DNA of 38,084 nt from Candidatus Dadabacteria bacterium UBA2774 (GTDB lineage: Bacteria > Desulfobacterota_D > UBA1144 > Nemesobacterales > UBA2774), in assembly GCA_002352485.1 (NCBI GenBank), contig DEIM01000078.1, positions 1 through 38,084 on the forward strand, read 5' to 3'. The position numbers and the translations under genes were made by a program. How positions within the stretch are numbered: the first letter of the stretch is position 1; each line of letters starts with the position of its first letter. Of this stretch, positions 18,582-27,461 are shown piece after piece. The notes beneath the pieces were generated by a model. That model was not told where the DNA came from and did not search any database. It was given only the letters and a program-made list of their open reading frames with translations.

Positions 18582-19199
18582 CTATTTTTTAAACACCAGA
18601 AACTTATATCCCAGGAAATTCCAGGCTACTACTATAAACACGGAGGCAAGGGCTGATATATTAGCCCAGAGCACAGATGATACCCCTCCTATCGGTCCGA
18701 CGAAATTAACCAGAAAAGACGCTACCGCTACGTTTATAACGAAACCCACGCCAGCAACTATGAGAAATTTAAAAAACTGCTTTCCCATACCTTTAGTCTC
18801 AATGCTCTCAAAAGTCCAGAACTTGTTCCATAAATAGCTGTTAGTAGCGGCTGAGAGAAAAGACACCGCTTTAAAAACCGAAAACAAATAACCTTTTTCG
18901 ACACCGGACAAGAATATAAGAAGGTTAAGTATCCCAAAGTCTATTGAGATATTGGACATGCCTATGGGAATGAATTTGCCGAATTGAAAGAGTGAGTGCC
19001 GAAAGGAGCCGAGGCGCGAGAAAACATATACCCATAACGCGACTAAGGGGGGAATAATGATTAGTACAAATGGCCAGTACGTGAGATACGAATGATAGTC
19101 CTCGGGAATTTCGGCTTTTAGGGCATTTAGCATCACCACGGCGAAAACCGATATTATGAGTCCGATAACAAGTGAGGATATTAAGTCTGATCTTTTCAT
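18582..19199 (-). CDS. GtrA-family membrane protein (candidate polyprenyl-phosphate-sugar translocation factor) with an N-terminal 2-TM extension
   Basis: 205 aa. The C-terminal ~130 aa has four hydrophobic segments, the GtrA-type motif [11 protein letters not shown] and a terminal GYKFLVFKK. There are two extra N-terminal hydrophobic segments. Confidence 0.65.
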   Translation of the reverse strand: MKRSDLISSLVIGLIISVFAVVMLNALKAEIPEDYHSYLTYWPFVLIIIPPLVALWVYVFSRLGSFRHSLFQFGKFIPIGMSNISIDFGILNLLIFLSGVEKGYLFSVFKAVSFLSAATNSYLWNKFWTFESIETKGMGKQFFKFLIVAGVGFVINVAVASFLVNFVGPIGGVSSVLWANISALASVFIVVAWNFLGYKFLVFKK

Positions 19200-19287
19200 A
19201 ATCTGAGATGTGTAAATTTAAACCGGCCAGAGTATATAGTTACATAATCTTAAGGAATAATAGCATGTACTTGTATGTCCAACGACG

Positions 19288-20601
19288 TTATCTCCAGGAT
19301 TCAAGCCACATATATTGTTCGTGTTTATAATTTTCTATATTTACTGCCGCCGTAATCGGATAAAAATAGAAGAACACTCCAGCCGCTACGAGCAGATATA
19401 GGACCACAAGTATTTTCCCAAATTTAGAATTCGTGTTCCAAAGGCGGTTGAGAAAATAGGCGCTTATTATGAGAATGAAGATGAAAGCGGGCAAAAAATG
19501 GTATAAGAATGTAATCTTTCTCGGAGAGACCGCCCACGGAAGCCAAAGCGCAAGCACGCTTACGACGGCGAATATGAGAGGCGGATACTCTTTTCTAATG
19601 GCCTGAACCGCGCCCAGAACAAAGAATACGCACCCAGTCCACCATATAAACGGGTTGCCGAGCATGTAAATATACGCTCTTATACCTTCCCCTAAATCGT
19701 CATAGTGAAGATATACGGGTTCGAGCAAAAGCGGCCATGTCCACCACAGGGATTCATGGGGGTGATGAGTTTCCACTCCACCGTGGTAACCGTACATTGC
19801 GTCCTGAAGACTGAGGAAATCTACAAATGAATTGCCAAAATAGAAAAAGGGAATGTAAGTGGCAACGTATACAAGTAAAGGCAACACTCCGAATGCGAGA
19901 GCCATTCTCGGAATAATATTTGCAACCGACTTGATATAGGAGCGGTCTTTTGATTCGGACAGGCTGACTTCATAGTAATATATAAGAAAAAAAGAGACCC
20001 CTGCAAGGAATATCCATATGTATACACCACTCCATTTAATAGACATCGAGGCCCCTGCAAATAATCCTGCCAGCATGAGGAACAAGTTCTTTCTAGTTCT
20101 TGCGTATTTTATTACGAATAGAGACGCCAGAAGCAAAAAATCGACCATAAATATATCAACCATAGTTATACGGCTGAGCACGAATATGAATGTATCGAGA
20201 CTATAGAGTACAGCCGCAATCAGTCCCACCCCTTTACTTAGAAAGAGGCTCTTTGCTACAAGGTATATCAGAAGCGCGCCCAAGCCGCCGAAGAATGCCT
20301 GAAAAAACCGCCAGCCGAAGGTATTATTGCCGAATATCTTAATGCCGATTGCGCTCAGCTCCTTACCCAGAGGAGGGTGTGTCCATTCATATGCAAGATC
20401 CTCGGGAGCATGACCGGTATTCTGCCAGGCGTGCTGGTTTCCCTTGGCCATCTCCTGGGCAGTGAAAGCATAATATACTTCGTCGAAATAGTAATTTGGG
20501 GGTATTTCCAAACGGTATAATTTACTGCCGAAGCTGAAAATAAGTACTAAAAACAAGAGAATTTCGAATCTGTATTTATATAGTAGCGAATTTGAAGACA
20601 T
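19288..20601 (-). CDS. PMT/GT39-family protein O-mannosyltransferase-like GT-C enzyme
   Basis: 437 aa. Loop-1 motif YYFDEVYYAFTAQEM (acidic DE pair) and WTHPPLGKELSAIGIKIFG...FGWRF are hallmarks of PMT/GT39 enzymes such as actinobacterial Pmt. Confidence 0.75.
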   Translation of the reverse strand: MSSNSLLYKYRFEILLFLVLIFSFGSKLYRLEIPPNYYFDEVYYAFTAQEMAKGNQHAWQNTGHAPEDLAYEWTHPPLGKELSAIGIKIFGNNTFGWRFFQAFFGGLGALLIYLVAKSLFLSKGVGLIAAVLYSLDTFIFVLSRITMVDIFMVDFLLLASLFVIKYARTRKNLFLMLAGLFAGASMSIKWSGVYIWIFLAGVSFFLIYYYEVSLSESKDRSYIKSVANIIPRMALAFGVLPLLVYVATYIPFFYFGNSFVDFLSLQDAMYGYHGGVETHHPHESLWWTWPLLLEPVYLHYDDLGEGIRAYIYMLGNPFIWWTGCVFFVLGAVQAIRKEYPPLIFAVVSVLALWLPWAVSPRKITFLYHFLPAFIFILIISAYFLNRLWNTNSKFGKILVVLYLLVAAGVFFYFYPITAAVNIENYKHEQYMWLESWR

Positions 20602-20603
20602 TT

Positions 20604-21968
20604 CTAATTTCCTGAATGAATATGTGCCAAGTTCTCTTTAGTGGATTCCAGATGCTCTTTTGAAGCTCCTTCGTATCTGATCGTATTTTTTATAAAATCA
20701 TAGAACAAAAACAAGAAGACAAAAAGGTATAGCAAAAACATCCCGGGTATGAATAAATCTTCATAGCTTTCAGGAATCCCCTTGTATGACGTGGTCAATT
20801 GAATATAGGAATAGACCATATTCAGAACGTAAACAAGGGAGACGATAGCATATAAATACCACAATATCCAATGGCGGTAAGTGAGCAGGGTGAAAAATAC
20901 GATTGCAGGGAGGAGGTGTCTTTCGTGGGCGCGTGTGATAAACAAAAAGAGAGAGAATATAATAAGGGTAATCGCCTGGTATATAAAATAGGAAAAATCC
21001 TTACCGCGCTCTCCGCGGCTTTTGTAGACTACACGGACAAGGAGAGCACCGATCAAAGTATATATAGATGCAAAAATCACTGTACCCCAGCTTTTGTAAG
21101 AGATGCCGAGAAATAAAGTGCCGTCATTCCTCCACATAGCAAAAGATCCCCAGAAATTAAAGGCGTTTAGAGAGGCATATGTGTACTGATCATAGGCTGC
21201 TGAGAATCTGGCTCTGATAAGTTCCAGAGGTCCGGTGAATATATATCCGAAGGCATCGAGCTTGTCCCATATAAAGGGTAGGGTTAGAATTACAGATGTT
21301 ATTACTATTGCCAGTACTACTTTGAGTGTTGGTATAAATGTTTTAATAGTGGGCTTCCTATATTCCCTGAATAAGGGCTCAATGGCGATAAGCCCGATTA
21401 ACGGGAACACCACGATGCTCGGGGGCTTAATCATAAACGCCAGAGCCGCGAATATGCCTGAGAGTACATAACGCCTTCCCAGAGCAGTAATTATGGAAAG
21501 AAGTATGGGCAGGGCATGAAAAGAATCCACCTGCCCCCAAAATGTTGAGTTCGAAAGAGAAGCTGGATTGAAAAGATAGACAACTGAGGCGATCATAGCG
21601 TTTCTGACAGTCGTAATTCGCCTAAGCGCGTAGAATATTGAAACGGATATACCAAGGTCTGCAAGATTTGCCGGTATTTTAAACAGTATATCTGTTAAAA
21701 ATACGGGGAAAGTGGATTTCACCCCGTCAAGCGCCCGCAGGACATAGAGATAGCCGGGCATATAGTCACACCAGAAATTGTCGTAAAATTTGCTAAAGCC
21801 GACCTCTGTAATCTGACTACCCCATATTTTCCAGGTCAGAAAGTCGGGCTCATAAGTAAGGAACAGAGAAAATATAATTCTCAGTAAAAACCCTGCTGCC
21901 AGTATCAGAATAAAACGGATGTAGGGATCTTTCAGGTTTGTGTATCTGCCTGCTTTAGCGGAGCTCAT
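20604..21968 (-). CDS. Polytopic GT-C-type glycosyltransferase (ALG6/ALG8- or Gpi18-related by loop motif)
   Basis: 454 aa with at least 10 hydrophobic segments. First loop EPDFLTWKIWG...FYDNFWCDYMPGYLYVL resembles the D..F..W ... DYPP..Y loop of ALG6/8- and Gpi18-related enzymes (recalled, not searched). ATG 21968 overlaps the upstream GT2 gene by 14 nt. The stop is 2 nt before the PMT-like start. Confidence 0.5.
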   Translation of the reverse strand: MSSAKAGRYTNLKDPYIRFILILAAGFLLRIIFSLFLTYEPDFLTWKIWGSQITEVGFSKFYDNFWCDYMPGYLYVLRALDGVKSTFPVFLTDILFKIPANLADLGISVSIFYALRRITTVRNAMIASVVYLFNPASLSNSTFWGQVDSFHALPILLSIITALGRRYVLSGIFAALAFMIKPPSIVVFPLIGLIAIEPLFREYRKPTIKTFIPTLKVVLAIVITSVILTLPFIWDKLDAFGYIFTGPLELIRARFSAAYDQYTYASLNAFNFWGSFAMWRNDGTLFLGISYKSWGTVIFASIYTLIGALLVRVVYKSRGERGKDFSYFIYQAITLIIFSLFLFITRAHERHLLPAIVFFTLLTYRHWILWYLYAIVSLVYVLNMVYSYIQLTTSYKGIPESYEDLFIPGMFLLYLFVFLFLFYDFIKNTIRYEGASKEHLESTKENLAHIHSGN

Positions 21969-22662
21969 TTCTAAGTTTCCAGGATTCTTTGAACATTCTT
22001 AGTATTACTTTAATATTGGCGCCTGATTGCGTGCCGAATCTTCGGGGAAAGTGGCGTATGGGGAATTCCTTTAGCTTATACCTTTGGTTTTTTAGCTTAA
22101 TTAGAAACTCGGCTGTAAAAAGCGCTCCGCCAGAGATAATGGGTCTAACGGAGCGATAAGCCTTAGTGGGGATGAGCTTAAAAGCGCAGTCCATATCTTT
22201 TACTTTTAGTCCGAACATAAAATATATATACATCGCATAAAACCAAGCGTTCAGTGATCGCACGGGTGAGTCCGCCCTATCTTCTCTATAGCCGATAAAC
22301 ACTTCGCTTTCATTAACTGAGGGCAGCATACGGTCAAGATCGCTTATGTCGAATTGCCCGTCACTATCCATGAAGAATATGTAGTCAAGGGAAGCTTCTT
22401 CAAAACCACTCAGGAGCGCCCCTCCATAACCTCTATTTACTTTGTGGTTAACCATTATGACTGAGGGATTTGTGGATGCGATCTCATCCACAATGCCCCG
22501 GGTATTGTCGCTAGAGCCGTCGTTTACAACTATTACCTCGTAAGTACCAACATTTTTCTCAAGATACGAAACACACTGGTTTACAGTAGTTTCAATATTT
22601 TCCTCTTCATTATGTGCAGGAAGAACTGCGGATAGAGATATATCTGCTCTCATATTATTCAT
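21955..22662 (-). CDS. GT2 polyprenyl-phosphate hexose synthase-like (ALG5/GtrB-type)
   Basis: 235 aa. Motifs LSAVLPAHNEEENI, VVNDGSSDNT, NRGYGGALLSGF, FMDSDGQFD (DxD) and DMDCAFKL (compare D.QCGFK of ALG5/GtrB-type enzymes). Confidence 0.75.
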   Translation of the reverse strand: MNNMRADISLSAVLPAHNEEENIETTVNQCVSYLEKNVGTYEVIVVNDGSSDNTRGIVDEIASTNPSVIMVNHKVNRGYGGALLSGFEEASLDYIFFMDSDGQFDISDLDRMLPSVNESEVFIGYREDRADSPVRSLNAWFYAMYIYFMFGLKVKDMDCAFKLIPTKAYRSVRPIISGGALFTAEFLIKLKNQRYKLKEFPIRHFPRRFGTQSGANIKVILRMFKESWKLRNELR

Positions 22663-22688
22663 CCACCATTGAATCTAAGCCCCTGTCT

Positions 22689-24266
22689 TTACTTATAGGA
22701 CTTGTCTATAGCTATGATATCACACTTTATTTCACTAATCTGAAACTCTCTGTGGAGCTCTACAGAGATGTCTTTAAATGAACATTCCTTTCCGCTCGGC
22801 CAGATGACTTGAATATCGGCTTTATCGAACTTCCCAAGCCCGAAATAAAGGGGAAGCATATCCTGTTCGGTGCCGCCCCTACCACCTGAGACCTCTCTTA
22901 GTTGGGATCCTCCCGGGGTCGACAAAACTACGCGCGCTCCTATGGCAGAGCGGTTGCTCCGAAGCCCGTCACCAAGTAGCTGCAAAGTAATGGATTTATT
23001 GGAATTGCCTTCGTTTCTCTTGAGTGAGTTTCCGATGTGCCCGTTTAGATAGACATCGAGGAAACCGTCTCGGTCATAATCTGCCCAGGTCACTGCGAAA
23101 ACGTCTATGGGCTTGGCTAGATTAACCTCTACAGCAGCATCCCGGAACGCACCGTTTCCGAGATTTCTATAAAGCTTATTGTTCCAGGTATGGTTTGTGG
23201 TAAAGAGATCGACCCTGCCGTCAGCGTCAAAATCTATCCACGCACACGTTCTACCGTCACCCAAATCACGGGTGCCGGTTTCCCAAGTTACGTCGGTAAA
23301 AGTTCCGTCTTTGTTGTTCTTGTAAAGCGTGTTTTTCTTGGCTTTCCCTATGTTCGTTACGTATATATCTAAATAGCCGTCTTCATTATAATCGCCACTA
23401 CAAACAGATGTGGTTTGCCAGTAAGGGGCGCCATCTAATCCGGAGCTCACCGAAGCATCGGTAAAAGTGCCGTCTCCGTTGTTCATATAAAATTTGTTAT
23501 AGCCTCCGTTTGCGAGGAATAAATCCGGCCATCCGTCGTTATTCGAATCGAAGAATATGGCGGAGAGTCCGTTGCTACTCTCGGCGATGCCGGCAAGTGA
23601 AGAGGCATCCTCGAATTTGCCATCGCCTTTATTGCGGTAAAGGTAGGATCGCTCGTTTCCTGCGGCGAATAGATCGAGAAGACCGTCACGGTCATAATCT
23701 ACCCAGATTACATGCCTTGTAGTGGAACCGGCTTGTGTTATGCCCGCCTCTTGAGAAATATCTATAAACGATACACCATCGTAGTTTTGGTAAAGAAGCG
23801 GCGGGGTAGCAGCTTTGATAGTGGCAATAGCCAGGTCAAGTAATCCGTCGTTGTCATAATCGGCCCATGAGGCGGCTTTAATGTTATGGTTTGGAAGACC
23901 TGAGATATTTGCAACGTTGCTAAATTTGACGCCTGACTCATTTTTGAATAAGAATAGCTTTGTTAGTTTACTGGTACTAAAAGGTTTAGCAGCTGCGGGC
24001 CTTCCGCGCTTTCTCCTGTCCCTGCGGGGTTGTCTGGAACCTCTTTTCCGGTCGGTATTGGATATAAGAAGATCCTGCCACCCGTCACCGTTGTAGTCGC
24101 CCCAAACAGCAGTTTGTCCGAGTGAGCCGGTATCGAATATACCTACAGCATTTTCCGAGTCTGTAAATACGGGAAGCTCATCTGAGGATTGGTCCTGCGC
24201 AAACACTACACAGGATATAGAGAAAATAACATAAAAAACGATTGGATTTAAAACGAATTGAATCAA
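22689..24266 (-). CDS. Secreted FG-GAP/VCBS-repeat beta-propeller protein with C-terminal ASPIC/UnbV domain (CRTAC1-like)
   Basis: 525 aa. Signal peptide MIQFVLNPIVFYVIFSISCVVFAQD. Seven Ca-binding-type repeats (WGDYNGDGWQDL, WADYDNDGLLDL, WVDYDRDGLLDL, FFDSNNDGWPDL, SGDYNEDGYLDI, WIDFDADGRVDL, WADYDRDGFLDV). C-terminal NRSAIGARVVL...GGRGGTEQD..LYFGLG. Confidence 0.8.
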   Translation of the reverse strand: MIQFVLNPIVFYVIFSISCVVFAQDQSSDELPVFTDSENAVGIFDTGSLGQTAVWGDYNGDGWQDLLISNTDRKRGSRQPRRDRRKRGRPAAAKPFSTSKLTKLFLFKNESGVKFSNVANISGLPNHNIKAASWADYDNDGLLDLAIATIKAATPPLLYQNYDGVSFIDISQEAGITQAGSTTRHVIWVDYDRDGLLDLFAAGNERSYLYRNKGDGKFEDASSLAGIAESSNGLSAIFFDSNNDGWPDLFLANGGYNKFYMNNGDGTFTDASVSSGLDGAPYWQTTSVCSGDYNEDGYLDIYVTNIGKAKKNTLYKNNKDGTFTDVTWETGTRDLGDGRTCAWIDFDADGRVDLFTTNHTWNNKLYRNLGNGAFRDAAVEVNLAKPIDVFAVTWADYDRDGFLDVYLNGHIGNSLKRNEGNSNKSITLQLLGDGLRSNRSAIGARVVLSTPGGSQLREVSGGRGGTEQDMLPLYFGLGKFDKADIQVIWPSGKECSFKDISVELHREFQISEIKCDIIAIDKSYK

Positions 24267-24272
24267 GGCGCA

Positions 24273-25919
24273 TTAACCTTTCTTGATAGATTCTAAAAGT
24301 AGCTCTGCAGAACGCAAACTCAAAGCCTCTATTGTCAATGAGGGCGCCTCACCTCCGCCTGAGGTGGGGAAAACACTCGCATCGGTTACTAAAAGATTCG
24401 GGATACCATGATATCTGAGGCTTGAGTCTACAACCGAGTTTGCGGGGTCGTTGCCCATCCTGCATGTTCCGAAGACATGCGTTGCAGCAAATAAGTCGTA
24501 GGAGGAGCTTTGCTCTACTATTTCACCAGCACCTGAGGACTCTAAAATTTCTTTTGTCTTTTTTTGCATGAAATCAAGACTTTTAAGCTCAGGCTCGCCT
24601 AGAAATGATTGTATGCTTGCTACAGGGAACCCGAATTCGTCTTTTTTATCTGGATCAAGGGTAACAAATGAATTGTCGTTTGGTAAGAACTCCGATATAC
24701 CACCCACGGATATAGCATGACCGAATGTATTTTTCATGCCGTTTGCCAAATCTTCCCCCCAGCCCTTTCTGTAATACCTAAGGGCATAATTTAGCGGCCC
24801 CACGGCGCTGCCTACTGTAGGAAACATTCTTAATCCACCTGGAAAACCGCGCTTGGGGTCCGGATCGTTCCATTCCCATATAATGCCGTCAATAGGTATT
24901 CCTCTGTATGAATCCGTCCGTTCGGGATGGAAAGCGACGGCTTCATAAAAATTAGTCTCCATGAAATTCTTGCCGACATTACCGCTCCCATTAAGCTCTG
25001 AATTTAAAAGGAGCTTTGGCGTTTCGACTGCGCCGCATGCTACAGCAACGTAGTCAGCTTCTACAAAATGCTCTTTCTTAGCCTGGTCAAAATAAGTTAC
25101 ACCCTTAACTTTCCCGCTTTTTTTATCCACTTCTATTTTCTCTGCAAAAGCGAAGGGTAGAATCTCACAGTTCCCGGTATCCTCAGCCAGGGGTACGAAT
25201 GTTACATCAACACTGCCTTTATCCTTTCGCGGGCATCCCCAGACGCATCCGTTACAGTAATTACACGGAGGGGCGTCTCTATAGACCTCAGATAATATGG
25301 CAACGGTGTTGGGCTCTATATTAATACCAAGCTTATTGCACCCTTTGTTTACAACCTGGCTTGAGTAACTGAGATCATGGGGTTTAAGCGGATAGGGCTT
25401 GGTCCTGGACCGAAAAGGGACTTTCTCAGGTCCAGCCACTCCTATGATATTTTCAACACTCGTGTAATATGGCTCCAAATCCTTATATTCAATAGGCCAG
25501 TCTACAGCAACACCGAAAAGAGTTTTCATTCGGAATGCCTTTTCATTTAGCCGGTGTGCTTCTCCCTGGTAATGAAGCGTAGTGCCTCCGACACCCGGGA
25601 CCTGCTGGTACATGAGGTATTTTCTTTGATCCGTCTTATTGAAAGTACCAGAGCCCAGATTCCAGGACTTGAGCTTTTCGTATTGTGAATCTAGGTTTTG
25701 TGCCTTTCCGTATGCGACTCGTATCCTTTTCCTGTAAGGGAAACCCTTTGTTTCCCAATCAAGATCGGCAAGCGCATAGTCTTTTAAGGGATTATAACGG
25801 GCTCCCGCTTCAAGCACTAAAACTTTCATCCCGGAAGACGCAAGCTTCCATGCAAACGGAGCTCCGCCGGGACCAGAACCTATTACTACGCAGTCGTATT
25901 TTTTAGCTTTAGATGGCAT
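24273..25919 (-). CDS. GMC-family FAD-dependent oxidoreductase (large subunit)
   Basis: 548 aa. FAD fold YDCVVIGSGPGGAPFAWKLA. C-terminal GMC signature GTCRMGNDPANSVVD...LLVTDASVFPTSGG. No signal peptide of its own. Confidence 0.85.
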   Translation of the reverse strand: MPSKAKKYDCVVIGSGPGGAPFAWKLASSGMKVLVLEAGARYNPLKDYALADLDWETKGFPYRKRIRVAYGKAQNLDSQYEKLKSWNLGSGTFNKTDQRKYLMYQQVPGVGGTTLHYQGEAHRLNEKAFRMKTLFGVAVDWPIEYKDLEPYYTSVENIIGVAGPEKVPFRSRTKPYPLKPHDLSYSSQVVNKGCNKLGINIEPNTVAILSEVYRDAPPCNYCNGCVWGCPRKDKGSVDVTFVPLAEDTGNCEILPFAFAEKIEVDKKSGKVKGVTYFDQAKKEHFVEADYVAVACGAVETPKLLLNSELNGSGNVGKNFMETNFYEAVAFHPERTDSYRGIPIDGIIWEWNDPDPKRGFPGGLRMFPTVGSAVGPLNYALRYYRKGWGEDLANGMKNTFGHAISVGGISEFLPNDNSFVTLDPDKKDEFGFPVASIQSFLGEPELKSLDFMQKKTKEILESSGAGEIVEQSSSYDLFAATHVFGTCRMGNDPANSVVDSSLRYHGIPNLLVTDASVFPTSGGGEAPSLTIEALSLRSAELLLESIKKG

Positions 25920-26018
25920 ACTCGTGAGCGGTTGATAATATAAAGAACCTATTGCTTTATGTCAATTTATAAGTTATACATTTGCCTTTATTCCACTAGT
26001 AGAAGAGAGGATTTAATT

Positions 26019-26852
26019 ATGAAAAAATTATTGGTACTGCTCATTCTGCCGGCCGTGATTATAGCCGCTTGCGGAGCTCCGGACAAGGGTGAGGATAAAG
26101 CTGAGAATAAGACCGTAAACGAATCGAGCAATAAATCTCCGGAACAAGCGCAAAGCACATTAAAAATAGACCCTAAACCGCAAAGAGACAGTAAAGTGCT
26201 CGCGAGGGTGAATGGGGTACCAATATACGAGGACGAGCTGAAAGGTAGACCATTACAGCATTTGATCACTGAGGAAGTGATTTATCAAAAAGGGCTCGGG
26301 CTCGGACTTGACGAAAAATATGCTGAGAAAGTGCGGGATTACAATAAACAACTGATTGTTCACGATTTAAAAATGGAGGTGCTTGAGAATTTACCTCCTA
26401 CAAAAGAGGTATCTGATGAGGATATTAAAACCTATTATGATAATAACCCTGAAAGGTACACTTTCGTACGTATGCATGAAGTAGGCTTTGTGGATAAAAA
26501 ACTGGGTGATGAAATATTGGCTAAGGTGAAGAGCGGAGAAGACTTGACTGAGATTGTAAATGCTTACGTAGAATCAGGCGCTAATGTAGTAGGCAGGGAC
26601 CTTGGTTTCAACAGAGAGATGGTGAAAAAATTCGACACCGTGGAGCTTGGCTCAGTAACCGATATAATTACCAAGCCTGACGGCTCGTACGGAGTAATTA
26701 AAATTGTGGAGATAAAACCGATCCCCATCCGCCAAACGGAACGCGCTATCAGGCAGCTGCTCGAGGCAAAGAGAAAATCTTACGCAAATGACAATTATGC
26801 AAATCAAATTATAGAGGAAAACGGCGTAGAAGTAGAGATTATAGATAATTAG
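26019..26852 (+). CDS. Parvulin-type peptidyl-prolyl isomerase lipoprotein (PrsA/SurA-like)
   Basis: ATG 26019 with AGAGAGG upstream. Lipoprotein signal MKKLLVLLILPAVIIAAC (lipobox IAAC). C-terminal parvulin-like region (DLGFNREMVKKFDTVELGSVTDIITKPDGSYGVIKIV). Confidence 0.65.
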   Translation: MKKLLVLLILPAVIIAACGAPDKGEDKAENKTVNESSNKSPEQAQSTLKIDPKPQRDSKVLARVNGVPIYEDELKGRPLQHLITEEVIYQKGLGLGLDEKYAEKVRDYNKQLIVHDLKMEVLENLPPTKEVSDEDIKTYYDNNPERYTFVRMHEVGFVDKKLGDEILAKVKSGEDLTEIVNAYVESGANVVGRDLGFNREMVKKFDTVELGSVTDIITKPDGSYGVIKIVEIKPIPIRQTERAIRQLLEAKRKSYANDNYANQIIEENGVEVEIIDN

Positions 26853-26892
26853 CAGCAGTATTTAGAAAAGTGCGGGAGCATTTAGAATAATA

Positions 26893-27423
26893 ATGGTGAA
26901 TTCAAGAAGAGCGTTTATAAAAACACTAACTGTCGGGGTATTGGGCACAGAGGCTATATCCGGATTGCCAACAAAGGCTTTTGCCAAAGACGAGACCAGG
27001 TCATCGGGTATCGAAATTCAAAAAGGATATATGGTATTCGAACCCAATACACAAAAAACGATGGAAGCGCTTACAGAAGCTTTGATACCCGGCTCAGGGG
27101 CATTCGGCATTAACGAAAAAATCTTTAGCTATGTTCAAAGAGACAGGCCCGCTGCAACTTTTTTTGACGCTGGGCTTTGGAATATAGATGCTGTATCCAG
27201 ACAGAAATACGATAAGCCCTTCTATGAGCTGACTAATAAAGAAGAAATACTGGAAATTGTAAATCATATTAAAAGCAAAAATAGAAGGTTTTTTGCACAA
27301 TTCAGATACTTAGCAATGAGGCTATTCTATGCCGACCCTAAAGTTTGGAAAAGCCTATCTTACGACGGCCCGCCGCAGACAAAAGGTTTTTTGGATTACG
27401 CAAAGCCCCCGAAAGCTCAATAA
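26893..27423 (+). CDS. Tat-signal small subunit, gluconate 2-dehydrogenase subunit 3-like (probable partner of the GMC flavoprotein)
   Basis: 176 aa. Twin-arginine-type N-terminus NSRRAFIKTLTVGVLG. The ALTEALIPGSG region resembles small subunits that partner GMC dehydrogenases. Tentative. Confidence 0.55.
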   Translation: MVNSRRAFIKTLTVGVLGTEAISGLPTKAFAKDETRSSGIEIQKGYMVFEPNTQKTMEALTEALIPGSGAFGINEKIFSYVQRDRPAATFFDAGLWNIDAVSRQKYDKPFYELTNKEEILEIVNHIKSKNRRFFAQFRYLAMRLFYADPKVWKSLSYDGPPQTKGFLDYAKPPKAQ

Positions 27424-27461
27424 TAAGCTCGCGAGCTGAAAAATTATCCTTTGATAATTTA

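Noticed and set aside
27426-27460. Palindrome AGCTCGCGAGCT and AT-rich inverted repeat AAATTATC-CTTT-GATAATTT, between the convergent small-subunit and thiI genes, as a bidirectional terminator.
   Set aside because: The GC palindrome has no loop (an effective 4-bp stem). The second stem is all A/T and there is no clear U-tract. This is too weak to call.
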